From Scyliorhinus canicula (lineage: Eukaryota): 64,000 nt of DNA. The translations under genes and the position numbers were made by a program. Numbering within the stretch: position 1 is the stretch's first letter; every line of letters begins with the position of its first letter. The stretch covers positions 105,352,989-105,416,988 of the forward strand of contig NC_052164.1 in NCBI RefSeq assembly GCF_902713615.1, in the 5' to 3' direction. This document shows positions 1-12,083 of this stretch, piece after piece. Below the pieces are notes generated by a model, which ran no database searches, had not been told where the DNA came from, and saw only the letters and a program-made list of their open reading frames with translations.

Positions 1-1903
1 CATCACATACCTCCCGCCACTGTCAGCCACCACCTTTGATGCCTTAAACGACACCCTCTTTCCCACCAGGATCGCCACCCCCCGATTCTTCGCATCCAGC
101 CCTGAATGAAATACTTGGCCCACCCACCCATCCCTTCCTCAGTCGAACCTGGTCCGCCACCTTTAGGTGTGTCTCCTGGAGCATGGCCATATCCGCCTTC
201 AGCCCCTTCAAATGCGTAAACACCCGGGCCCGCTTGACCGGCCCGTTCAGCCCCCTCACATTCCAGGTTATCAGCCAGATCAGAGGGCTCTCTGCCCCCT
301 CCCCTGCCGACTAGCCATAACCCATCCCCTGCCCGCCACTGGCCAGCGCACCCCGCTCGGCCTGTTCCCCACGGCGGCAACTCCCCCCCCCCAAGGCTAG
401 GACCCCTCCTAGCCGCGCCCCTCCCTCCATAGCACTCCCATGAGCCAGCTAACTTCTGCTGACCCCGGCGACTCCCGCCCTACCTCCGACTCCTCCCCAC
501 GTGGGACTACCCCTCCTCCTTCGTGCCCATCAGCAGGTCCCTCCCCCCCCCCCCCCCCCCCCGGCTCTTGCGCGGGAGAAAGAAAACAGCCAGCAACGGC
601 CCGCGCTTCCCAGCCCCGACTCCGCCCCCACCCATCTCACAGCGCTGGGAAACCCGAGAAAAGCCTGCGCTTTCGCCCTGCCCAGCCCCGCCTCCTCTAG
701 GGCAACTCCCATTGCCAGTTCCCCCCACCAGCTCCCCGAACTCCCCGTTTACCCCCCTGCCTGAACCCGTCCACCAGACCCATACAAAAAACCCATACAA
801 AAAAGACATAACGACATCACCCCACCCACCCTAAGGCCAACCCACATCTTACATTAAACCAAGCAAATACAAATACAGTATTATACAGCATCCCCCATCT
901 TAGACCCTCAGTTTGAGTCCAGTTTCTCGGCCTGCACAAAGGCCCACGCCTCCTCCGGGGACTCAAAATAATGGTGCCAGTCCTTGTAGGTGACCCACAG
1001 ACGCGCCGGCTGCAACATGCCAAACTTCACGCTCGGTCTGTGGAGCACCGCCTTCGTCCGGTTAAACCCGGCCCTCCGCTTCGCCACCTCCGCACTCCAG
1101 TCCTGGAAGATCCGCACCTCCGTGTTCTCCCACTTGCTGCTCCGCTCCTTCTTGGCCCAACGGAGCACACATTCACGATCCACGAACCGGTGAAACCGCA
1201 CCAACACCGCCCGCGGCGGCTCGTTCGGCTTGGGCCTCCTAGCCAGAATTCTGTGGGCCCCCTCCAACTCCAGGGGCCCCTGGAAGGACCCAGCTCCCAT
1301 CAGCGAGTTTAGCATCATCACCACATAGGCTGCCAGGTCCGACCCCTCCAGCCCCTCCGTGAGGCCCAGGACCGCAAATTCTTCCACCTCGACCGGTTGT
1401 CCAGCTCCTCTAACCACTCCTGCCACCTTTTATGGCGCGCCTTGTGCATCTCCACCTTCCCCGCCACGGCAACGGCCTCATCCTCCCTTTCGGAGGCTTG
1501 CTGCTGCAGCTCTTGGATCGCGGCCCCCTGGGCTGTCTGAGTCTCCATCAGCTCTCTGGTGGTAACCTTCAACGACTCCAGCAGCTCCACCTTAAGCTCC
1601 TGGAAGCAGCGCAGCAGAGCCGCCTGCTGCTCCTGCGCCCACTGCCTCCACTCCTCCGGGCCTCCGCCGGCCGCCATTTAGTCTTCCTTCCCCCGCTTTT
1701 CCAGGGGTGCTTCCACCGTTTTTCTTCTTACCCCACTCCTGGTCCGGACCATACGACCGTAGGGGTCGACTCCTGTCCTCTTCCCACGTCGGGATTTGCC
1801 GACAAAGTTCCGTTGGGGGCCCTGAAAAGAGCCCCAAAGTCCGTTTTCAGCGGAAGCTGCCAAACATGCGGCTTAGCTCCTCATTGCCGCCACCGGAAGT
1901 CCC
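1..1903 (-). mobile_element. L1-clade LINE: 5' UTR, frameshifted ORF1 and start of ORF2 endonuclease
   Basis: ORF1 has a coiled coil plus [27 protein letters not shown]; ORF2 has WNVRGL..MLQETHL. Confidence 0.9.
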
Positions 1904-1904
1904 C

Positions 1905-3410
1905 AGGTGCCCTTTCTAATCTCACCTTCCTGCGCCCGGTCCATAGCCCTGTAACCTACAGCACTTAATGCAGATCCAGGTACTTTTTAAAAGAGTTTAG
2001 GGTCTCTGCCTCCACCACCAACTCGGGCAGCAAATTCTAGACTCCCACTACCCTCTGTGTAGAAAATGATTTTCCTCATGTCTCCTCTACTCCTTCTGCC
2101 ACGTATCTTGAATCTATGCCCCCTGGTTGTAGAATTCTCTACCATTTGATCTTGTCCACTCTATCACTTCCCCACATAATGTTGTACACCTCAATTAAGC
2201 CACCTCTCAACCTTCTTATTCCAAGGAAATAACTCCACCTATGCAATCTCTCCTCGTAGTCACATTTTCTGCCCTGACAACATTCTTGTAATCCTCCCCT
2301 GCATCTCTCCAGAGCAATAACGTCCTTCGGTAATGTGGTGACCAGAACTGCACACAATCGGACATTTACAAGGAACTTATGGGGTCGGGGGAGACGCAGA
2401 CCGAGGAGCTGAAGCGCAAGTGGGAGGAGGAGCTGGGAGGAGAGATAGAGGATGGTCTGTGGGCGGATGCGTTGAGTAGAGTCAACGCGTCCGCAACATG
2501 TGCCAGGCTCAGCCTGATACAATTCAAGGTTGTTCACCGGACCCACATGACAGTGGCCCGGATGAGCAGATTCTTTGGGGTGGAAGATAGGTGTGCGGGA
2601 GGACCAGCGAACCATGGCCACATGTTCTGGGCATGTCCGAAGCTTAGGGGATTTTGGCTGGGGTTTGCAGATGTCATGTCCATGGTGTTAAAACAAGGGT
2701 GGCGCTGAGTCCAGAGGTGCCGATTTTCAGGGTGTCATAAGACCCGGGTATCCAGGAGGAGAAAGAGGCAGATGTTCTGGCCTTTGCTTCCCTGGTAGCC
2801 CGCAGACGGATACTATTAGATTGGAGGGACCCGAAGTCGGAGCCCTGGCTATCGGACATGGCTAGCTTTCTCTGTCTGGAGAAAATCAAGTTCGCCCTGA
2901 GAGGGTCAATGTTAGGGTTCGCCCGGAGGTGGCAACCGTTCGTCAACTTCTTCGCAGAAAATTAATCGTCAGCAGAAGCGGGGGGGGGGGGGGGGGGGGG
3001 GGGGGCGGGGGTGGAGGTAGTTTAGCTGAGAGTAGGGGGTTAATAATAAAGGTGGGATCTGTAAGGGAGGGAAGCGGCTTTTGCATTTTGTTTATCATTT
3101 GTTTACATTGTTTATTGTGTTGTTCTTATAATACTAAAAAATACCTCAATAAAATGTTTATAAAAAATAAAAGAACGGCCCACAACCCTCCAGTTGTGGC
3201 CTCACCAGTGTTTATACAATTCCAACATTCTGTACCTGTGCCAATGAAGGAAAGCCGTCTATTTCCTTTCTCAACAACCTTGTCTACCTGAACTGCTGCC
3301 TTTAGGGACCTGTGTACCTCTCACTTCACCTCCCCCTCTTAGTATATTCCTATTTATTGTGTACTCCACAGAACTGTTTGCCCTCCCTACGTCCATGACC
3401 TCACACTTCT
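1905..3410 (-). mobile_element. Decayed CR1-type LINE 3' part, interrupted by an L1 fragment
   Basis: LERCRGG..YEERL..LRGGLIEVYNIM is a CR1 ORF2 C-terminal signature. Confidence 0.7.
2360..3171 (+). mobile_element. L1 3' fragment (ORF2 C-terminus, G-tract, A-rich tail)
   Basis: [18 protein letters not shown] zinc-knuckle region; AATAAA and A tail. Confidence 0.85.
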
Positions 3411-3661
3411 CATTTAAAAAAATATTTTTATTCAAACTTTTAATTTACAAACAACTAAAATATTCAACCAGATTCATTAAAAATGCAAAGGTTTCCGTAC
3501 CTCCCACTCCCCCCCCACCTCCACTCCCCCCCCCAACCGCCTCCCCCCCCACCCCCCCCCCCCCCACCCCCCCCCCCCCCCCCCCCGCCCCCCGGGTTGC
3601 TGCTGCTGCTGGCCGATTGCCCTACTGTTCTGCCAGGAAGTCCAGGGACTCACAAAATTGA

Positions 3662-5218
3662 CCCACTCGTAGAGAGAGAGCTCCAGCTCCATTCAAACCC
3701 ACACTAAGCATTTATAGAGTACGGCCGTCAGGACATTGTTTCCCTCCGGGACCTGGCACCTGCAGGATCCAACTCCGACACTACCTCCACTGAGATACCC
3801 CTCGCACTATACCCCTCCCACCGCCTCCCCCCCCGCCACCACCACTCCCCCCCACCCCCACTCCCCGCCCCCACCACTCCCCCCCACCACCTCCCCCCCC
3901 GACCGCCTCCCCCCCCCACCTCCACTGAGATACCCCTCGCACTATACCCCTCCCATCGCCCCCCCCGCCACCACCACTCCCCCCCCACCCCCACTCCCTG
4001 CCCCCACCACTCCCCCCCACCCCCACTCCCCGCCCCCACCACCTCCCCCACCACCACTCCCCCCCCCACCCCCACTCCCTGCCCCCACCACTCCCCCCCA
4101 CCACCTCCCCCCCCCACCGCCTCCCCCCCCCACCTCCACTGAGATACCCCTCGCACTATACCCCTCCCATCGCCCCCCCCCGCCACCACCACTCCCCCCC
4201 CCCCAGCCCCACTCCCCGCCCCCCACCACTCCCTCCCCCCAGCCCCACTCCCCGCCCCCACCACTCCCCCCCACCACCTCCCCCCCCACCGCCTCCCCCC
4301 CACCTCCACTGAGATACCCCTCGCACTATACCCCTCCCACCGCCTCCCCCGCCACCACCACTCCCCCCCCCACCCCCACTCCCTGCCCCCACCACTCCCC
4401 CCCACCCCCACTCCCCGCCCCCACCACCTCCCCCACCACCACTCCCCCCCCCCACCCCCACTCCCTGCCCCCACCACTCCCCCCCACCCCCTCCCCCCCC
4501 CCCCCACCGCCTCCCCCCCCCCCACCTCCACTGAGATACCCCTCGCACTATACCCCTCCCACCGCCTCCCCCCCCCCCACCTCCACTGAGATACCCCTCG
4601 CACTATACCCCTCCCAACCCCCCGCGCCCGGCGCCCCCGCGCCCTTGGGTTTCCGGCGCTCCCCGTCACCAGTCGAACCAGTCGGATACGAAGCTCTGAC
4701 CGAATCACCCCCGGAGTCCGCCCTGGTTCCCTCGCCGACCCCCACCACCCAGCCACCAGAAGAGGCTGCAACCCCGGGGCTTCGTCGATCCCAGAGGACG
4801 ACTCGGCCGCCGGATCGACTTTAATTTGTAATTTACAACCTGTAAATTGTAAATTGTAACTCGTAATTTGGATTTTGTAGACACATCACCCCTGCTGGAC
4901 TCAATTTTTATTACAGGGGGTGAATGTGATGAATCACAGTCCGTGTAATTCACACTGTTATTATATATGATGTACTGTGTCTGTGTAAGCTCGGTATACG
5001 AGCAGTTGTGCGGATCTGCCCATAGGGGGAGATGAGGAGTTTGTACTGGGCTCCGCCCATGGCTCCGTCCGTGGCTCCTCCCACTAACCGGAAGTATAAA
5101 GCTTGGCAGTCGTGAGCCTGCCTGCCAGTTCATCTCGTCGCAGGCAGGCTCTGTTGTAAGCCTATTAAAACCACTGTTCACTTCCAACCACGTGTCATGT
5201 GAATTAAGGGTCACATCA
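3662..5218 (+). mobile_element. Gypsy-like LTR retroelement 3' end with polypurine tract and LTR (4925-5218); internal C-rich expansion
   Basis: LRRSQRTTRPPDRL integrase tail; purine tract just before 4925; TG...CA ends with TATAAA and ATTAAA inside. Confidence 0.65.
3785..4625. repeat. Compound C-rich repeat with six CCACTGAGATACCCCTCGCACTATACCCCTCCC anchors
   Basis: Directly visible in the sequence. Confidence 0.9.
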
Positions 5219-5718
5219 CCCACCCCACTCCCCACCCTCACCCCACTCCCCACCCTCACCCCCCACCCCACCCCACCCCAGTCCCCACCCTCACCCCACT
5301 CCCCACCCTCACCCCACTCCCCACCATCACCCCCCACCCCACTCCCCACCCTCACCCCACTCCCCACCCTCACTCCCCACCCTCACCCCCCACCCCACCC
5401 CAGTCCCCACCCTCACCCCAGTCCCCACCCTCACCGCACTCCCCACCCTTACCCCACTCCCCACCCTCACCCCACTCCCCACTCCCCACCCGCACCCTCA
5501 CTCCCCACCCTCACCCCACTCCCCACCCCCACCCACTCCCCACCCCCACCCTATTCCCCACCCCTACTTCCACCACACTCCCTCCTTCACCCATCCCCAC
5601 CCTCACCACGCCCTACCCCCAGCCCACTCCCCACCCCCTCCCTCACCCCACTCCCCACCCTCACCCCACACCCCATCCTTCACCCCACTCCCCACCCTCA
5701 CCCCCCACTCCCCATCCT
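5219..5718. repeat. C-rich minisatellite (CACCCCACTCCCCACCCT-like)
   Basis: Directly visible in the sequence. Confidence 0.9.
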
Positions 5719-6548
5719 CAGGTTCCAGGACCATGTCCTCCGCCACGTTCTGTTATTTCTGTCCGTCAGGTCCTGATCCGTCGACATCAGTTGACCGTGG
5801 ATCTGTGACACCCCTCCCTCCCCTCCATTACTGCCGAAAGATTCTGTTCATCAGCGAGGGAGGTGGGCCAGAGGGAAGGAAGGAATCACCTTACGCGTGA
5901 AATTTCGTACCAGGTAAAATGGAAACTGGTTTGCTCGAGGACTTACCCATCTCCAGCCACTCCTCAAAACATAACCTCACACTTCTCTGTATTAAATTCC
6001 AACTGCCACTTTATCGCCCACTCCACCAATCCATCTCTATCATTTTGGAGATTGTAGCTATCCTCTATACTGTCCACAGCTCGGCCAATCCTTGTGTCAT
6101 CTGCAAATTTCCCAATCATGCTCACTACGTTTACACCCAAATCGTTAATATATAACACAAACAGTAAGGGTCCCATCACCGAGTCCTGTGGAACACCACT
6201 TGAAATGACTTTCCAATTGTAAGGGCAGCCAGGAATCTCAATTTATATTGGGATAGTTAAAGTCTACTATTATTGCTCTCTCGTTCTTACAGGCAGAGAT
6301 TTACCTACATATTGAATCTTCTAACCCCTTTCACTATTTGGGGGGGGGGGTGTAGTATACTCCCAGTAGTGTGACTGCCCCTTTTTTATTTCTAAGCTAA
6401 ACCCATAAAGCCTCATTTGTTGACCCGTTTAGTATATCATCCCTTCTCACAGCGGGAATTGACTCTTTAACCATTAGTGCTACTCCCCCTCCTTTTTAAT
6501 AATAATCTTTTAATAATAATAATCTTCATTAGTGTCACAAGTATGAAG

Positions 6549-6928
6549 TGTTGGCGAATGTAGGCTTGAGAGATGAACAGACACTTCCAACACAGATGAA
6601 GGTTCAACTCAATTTTATTAACTAACTTCTAACTAACTAACACACGATGACTGTGGGTCTAAATGATGCTAACTTAAACTAGAGACCTAAGCCTTGTCCG
6701 AACCAATTGATTCTCTCAGCACGTGGTGTGAGTCTGTGCTGGGCTGGATGAGTTCCTGTTACACTGAGAGGCAGCACCCAGAATGAGCGGGAACCATGGT
6801 GCCCTCTGCCTTTATAGTGTGTGTATTCTAACTGGTGATTGGCTGCAGTGTTTGTACATGTTGATTGGTCCCTGTGTGTGTCCATCAGTGTGTGTTTGCA
6901 CCATGATATACTGGTGTATATTATGACA
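6549..6928 (-). mobile_element. Probable solo LTR inserted into a SINE tail
   Basis: TGT...ACA termini; TATAAA and AATAAA on -; splits the SINE sequence gtcacaagt|aggcttacattaacactgc. Confidence 0.55.
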
Positions 6929-6930
6929 AA

Positions 6931-7182
6931 ATAGGCTTACATTAACACTGCAATGAAGTTACTGTGAAAAGCCCCTAGTTGCCACATTACGGCACCTGTT
7001 CGGGTACACAGAGGGAGAATTCAGAATGTCTAATTCACCTAACAAGCACATCTTTCGAGACTTGTGGGAGGAAACCGGAGCATCTGAAGGAAACCCACGC
7101 AGACACGGGGAGAACGTGCAGATTCCACACAGACAATGACTCAAGTCGGGAATCGAACCTGGGACCCTGGAGCTGAGAAGCA
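6931..7182 (-). mobile_element. tRNA-derived SINE
   Basis: B-box GGTTCGATTCC and the family body seen repeatedly in this window. Confidence 0.85.
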
Positions 7183-7493
7183 TTTTTAATCTCCCACTCT
7201 ATCGTGTCTGAAGACTCTATAATCATGGATATTGAGTTGCCAATTTCGCCCCTCCTTTAGCCAGGTTTCTGTTAAAGCAATGACATCCTGCTGCCATGTG
7301 TCTACCTGTGCCCTTAGCTTATTCGCCCTGTCCGTAATACTCCTTACATTGAAGTATAAACCGTTTAAACTTTTTATACTCACCATTTTCCCTCAGTTTT
7401 AAAACTTTGCTTCTCCTATAATTCCAAGTCTATCACAACATCTTTTGCATCACTGGCTAATGTTCTACCTCCATTTTCCTGACCTGGTTTTTT

Positions 7494-7822
7494 CATAGAA
7501 TTTACAGTGCAGAAGGAGGCCATTCGGCCCATCGAGTCTGCACTGGCTCTTGGAAAGAACACCTTACCCGAGGTCAACACCTCCACCCTATCCCCATAAC
7601 CCAGTAACCCCACCCAACACTAAGGGCAATTTATCATGGCCAATCCACCTAACCTGCATACCTTTGGACTGTGGGAGGAAACCGGAGTACCCGGAGGAAA
7701 CCCACGCACACACGGGGAGGATGTGCAGACTCCGCACAGACAGTGACCCAAGCCGAGAATCGAACCTGGGACCCTAGAGCTGTGAAGCAATTGTGCTATC
7801 CACAATGCTACCATGCTGCCCT
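7494..7822 (-). mobile_element. tRNA-derived SINE with CR1-like tail (HE1-like)
   Basis: A and B boxes, shared core, ttctatg tail. Confidence 0.85.
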
Positions 7823-8251
7823 CAAAGGCCTTCTTGATTAAGCTAGTTACTCTCTGAAAATTTAATTACATTATCTAGGGGCCTTGTTTCTTCCTAAAGA
7901 CTTCTATAATAATTATACAGTACTGTTCTATACTTCTTTTTTTCAGTCCCTACCTTAGTATCAAGCAATAAATTAGTTTAAAAGATTGAAAATACTCACC
8001 AAGACTTATTCACCAATCAGCTGCTTTGGTAGGTCACGTACTGAGCCAGCGTTTATATTTATCCTTCTCCTCTCACTCTTTTCAAACTCCCGGCTCCTCC
8101 CTCACTCTTTTCAAACTCCCGGCTCCTCTCTCACTCTTTTCAAACACCCGGCTCCTCTCTCACTCTTTTCCCTGATGGACATTAGTGAATTGGATGGGAT
8201 TTTATAACAATCGACAATGACTTCATGGTAATCATTAAACTTTTAATTCCA

Positions 8252-8467
8252 AGGGCGGCGTAGTGGTTAGCACTGAGACTGCAGCGCTGAGGACCTGGGT
8301 TCAATCCCGGCCCTGGGTCACTGTCCGTGTGGAGTTTGCACATTCTCCCCATGTCTGTGTGGGTCTCACCCCCACAACCCAAAGATGTGCAGGGTAGGTG
8401 GATTGGCCACGCTAAATTACCCCTTAATTGGAAAAAATGAATTGGGTATTCTAAACTTATAAAAAAA
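8252..8467 (+). mobile_element. tRNA-derived SINE
   Basis: gtggttagc A-box, ggttcaatcc B-box, A-rich tail. Confidence 0.85.
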
Positions 8468-8574
8468 CAAATTTCCCGGTGTGCCATGGTGGGATTTGAA
8501 GCTGGGTCCCAACAGCAATACATCTGGCCATTGGATCAATACTCCAGCAGCAATACCACTACATCATCACCTCC

Positions 8575-9125
8575 CCGGCAAGTTTCAAAGGTGCTCTTCT
8601 TCATCTCTTCCAGTGATTAGGATGTCATCCAGATAACACTTGACTCTCTTTGAAACAAAGCTGGAGCTGATGTGATACCGAAAGGTAATCTTTGGTACAG
8701 GAGCGATCCCCATCCCTTGTGCATCACAATTGTCGGAAGTTCTGGTGACTTCCTGTCCAAAATCATTTGTAAATCAGTTTGGCTCAGGTCAATTTTGCTG
8801 AAATGTTGACCTGCTGCCAGTTCTGTAACGGACCTTCGCTGTGACGTCATGGAACTGTGCAGCTCAAAACACTGGATTTATGGTGACCTTAATGTTGCCA
8901 CAAAATCTCTCGGAGCCCCCTTTCTTGAAGACTGGAATAATAGGGGCAGCCCAGTCACAAGTTCCAAATCTCCAATCTTCAAAAGCTGCCCCAAGTCAGC
9001 CTCCACCTTTGGCCCTAATAGCACAGAACACAGGCCGCATCTTCAAATTCTTTCCCCAAAGCCTCTTGACTCTCCTCGTCTGACAATTGCTCTCAGTAAT
9101 GAACCATTTCATGGTGTTTAGGGGT
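8575..9125 (-). mobile_element. Decayed Gypsy reverse transcriptase fragment
   Basis: FSKIDLSQ..YQRLPFGITSAPALFQR. Confidence 0.8.
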
Positions 9126-9626
9126 TTAATGAACTCCACATTGACAGAGTTAGCAGACAGATTGTTCTCTGATCAATTCCAGTGAACTGTCAATGTTAAC
9201 ACATTGTGATTGGGCCAACACTGTGAAGGGTGCCACCTCTTCAGAAAATCTAAATCAGTGAAGCCACTGTGCCTTCACTTACTTTCACTGCTGTCAACAA
9301 CACCAGATTGCATTTAGATAGCAGCTTTAAAGTGGTAGACCATCCCAGGACACTTCACAAGAGAGTTAAGAAACAAAATTTGATACCGAGCTACAGAAGG
9401 ATAAATGAGCAGAAGAGATGAGTTTCAAGGAGTCTTCAAAGCGAGAGAGAGAAACAGAGAGGAGGGCGGGAGTTTGGGGCAGGCAGCCAATGACAGAGCA
9501 GTGGAGGAAAGCTCAATGCCTCGATATCTGGACAACTAAATTCAGACAATTGCACTGGTCAGTACTGACCTTCATAATTCTGGTCATCACCAATCATTTC
9601 ATCCTGTTTTTTAAAGGTGTTAGGTC

Positions 9627-9978
9627 ATGTGGGAGGGGCATATTCAATGTGGGAGGGGCACATTCAATGTGGGAGGGGCACATTCAATGTAGGAGGGGCA
9701 TATTCAATGTGGGTGAGGCATATTCAATGTGAGCGGGGCATATTCAATGTGGGAGGGGCAGATTCAATGTGGGAGGGGCATATTCAATGTGGGCAGGGCA
9801 TATTCAATGTGGGAGGGGCACATTCAATGTAGATGGGGCATATTCAATGTGGGTGGGGCATATTCAATGTGGGCAGGGCACATTCAATGTGGGAGGGGCA
9901 TATTCAATGTGGGAGGGCATATTCAATGTGGGTGGGGCATATTCAATGTGGGAGGGGCATATTCAATGTGGGCGGGGC
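9627..9978. repeat. 20-bp minisatellite (ATTCAATGTGGGAGGGGCAT), ~17 copies
   Basis: Directly visible in the sequence. Confidence 0.95.
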
Positions 9979-9984
9979 TTGTAG

Positions 9985-11480
9985 ATGTGTGTTCGCGCAT
10001 CTTAGGGGACTGAAGGCGGACGTGATAATGTTGCAGGAGACGCACCTTAGAGTAACGGACCAGGTTAGACTGAGGAAAGGCTGGGTCAGTCAGGTCTTTC
10101 ACTCGGGTCTAAACTCAAAGACTAGAGATGTCGCGATCCTGATCAATAAGCGGGTGGTGTTTGAGGCGGGTAGAATAGTCTCGGATGTGGGAGGTTGGTA
10201 CATTATGGTCAGTGGGAAGCTAGAGGGGGTGCAAGTGGTATTAGTAAATGTGTATGCGCCAAATTGGGATGATGTGGAGTTTATAAAGAGGATGCTGGGG
10301 AAGATACCGGACCTGGACTCGCACAGGTTGGTCATGGGAGGGGACATCAACACAGTTATTGACCCTGGCTTGGACCAGTCAAGCTCGAAAACAGGCAGGG
10401 TGCCAGCAATGGCTAAGGAACTCAGAGAGTTCATGGAGCAGATGGGGGGGATGGGAGGATCCATGGAGATTTGGGAAACCAAGGGTGAAGAAGTTCTCCT
10501 TCTACTCACACGTGCATAAAGTGTACTCCCGGAGCAATATCTTTATTTTGAGCAGGGCCTTGATGGCTATGGTGGTGGACACGGAGTACTCGGCGATTAC
10601 AATCTCAGTCCATGCTCCGCACTGGGTTGACCTGCAGGATAGTAATCAGTGCCCGCGCTGGAGGTTAGATGTGGGACTTTTGGCTGACGAAGGGGTGTGT
10701 GAGCGGCTAACGAAATGTATTCAGAACTACCTGCAGGTCAACGACACGGGAAATTTCAGCAGCGATGTTCTGGGAAGCACTGAAGGCGGTGATGAGAGAG
10801 GAGTTGATCTCAATACGGGCCCATGGGGAGAAAGTGGACAGGGCAGAGACGGACCGACTGGTTAAGGAGATACTACAGATCGATAGGATTGCGGCGACCC
10901 CAGAGGCAGGGCTTTTAAGGGAACGGCGGAGGCTATAGGCAGAGTTTGGCTTGTTAACCACAGAGAGGGCAGTGGAGCAGCTGAAAAAGGCGAGGGGGGC
11001 TATCTATGAGCATGGGGATAAGACCAGCACAATGCTGTACAGCAGCTTAGGAAGAGGGAGGCAGCCAGGGAGATAGGGAAAGAAAATGACGGGGATGAGA
11101 ACCTGGTTGGAGATTCAGCCGGGGTGAATAAGGCGTTTAGGGATTAATACAGTAGGATGTATACGCCGGAGGGGATGAGGCACTTCTTGGGGGGGCTGAA
11201 TTTCCCAGTGAATTTTGGGGTGGAAGACAGGTGTGCAAAATGTGCGGGAGGACCAGCGAACCATGTCCACAAGTTCTGGGCATGTCCAAAGCTTAGGGGA
11301 TTTTGGCGGGGGTTTGCAGATGTCATGTACATGGTGTTAAAAACAAGGGTGGCAATGAATCCAGAGGTGGCGATTTTCGGGGTGTCGGAAGACCCGGGAA
11401 TCCAGGAGGAGAAAGAGGCAGATATTCTGGCCTTTGCTTCCCTGGTAGCCCGGAGACGGATACTATTAGCTTGGAGGGAA
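9985..11480 (+). mobile_element. L1 ORF2 fragment (endonuclease joined to the C-terminus by an internal deletion near 11210)
   Basis: MLQETHL, VNVYAPN, MGGDIN motifs, then an abrupt jump to EDRCAKC..FWACPKL. Confidence 0.88.
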
Positions 11481-11574
11481 ATAACATCATATTAGCGGGA
11501 GAAATTGATCAGTGAATTCTGTTCTAGGAGATGATTGGGAAACTGTGGGAGTGGAGAGTATCCCATGATGCACT

Positions 11575-11640
11575 GCTGTGTATAAATGCCCTTCCCTCGA
11601 GTGTGTCAGTAATTGATAAGTGTTTCCAGTCTAATTAATG
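11575..11640 (+). promoter_or_regulatory. Candidate BTG4 core promoter
   Basis: TATAAA at 11581-11586, TCAGT initiator-like site ~25 nt downstream, TAATTG/TAATTA homeobox motifs at 11610 and 11632. No transcript evidence. Confidence 0.3.
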
Positions 11641-11683
11641 TTGTGAAACCTGATTCCTTTGTGATTGGACATAGTTCTTGTTA

Positions 11684-11714
<31 letters not shown>

Positions 11715-11910
11715 GCTCAGGTGTTTGAGGTTTCACTAAATTGAAGGACATTGAGTAGTTGGAGGAGGCTGGGTTTGAGCTGCTGGAGGATTGAGGTTGG
11801 TTTTGGTTGTTCTAGTTGCTCCTGGTCACTAATGTGTTTGTGGGAGAGGGGGGATCTTGTGAAATGGTATCTAACATTGGTGAACTTTGCAGAAGCTGAT
11901 TTGAGAAACA

Positions 11911-12083
11911 ATGAGAGAGGAAATTGCTGCCACCGTGGTTTTTATCTCCCGGATGGTGAGGAGGAATGAAAACCTCAGCAGACTGAAGGTTGAAAAATTC
12001 GGGAACAAACTGACCCAGATTTTGTTTGAAAAATACAAGAATCACTGGTACTGGGAGGATCCAGTAAAGGGACAAGGTTACAG
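11911..12083 (+). CDS. BTG4: BTG4 coding exon 1 (exon probably starts at 11893 after tttgcag)
   Basis: ATG at 11911; box A (YKNHWY..P.KGQGYR); donor AG|gtggga. Confidence 0.95.

Larger units (their letters stand above)
5950..7490 (-). mobile_element. CR1 fragments (RT and endonuclease) hosting a SINE and a solo LTR
   Basis: GPLLFVLYINDL..KFADDT (RT); YFNVRS..DVIALTETWL (endonuclease). Confidence 0.75.

Noticed and set aside
3785-4625. CRISPR-like pattern of a constant ~33-bp anchor with variable spacers
   Set aside because: The spacers are low-complexity variants of each other, the context is eukaryotic, and there are no cas genes.
1-11900. Expected miR-34b/c cluster upstream of BTG4
   Set aside because: No GGCAGTGT-type mature sequence was seen by eye on either strand; it may lie outside the window.
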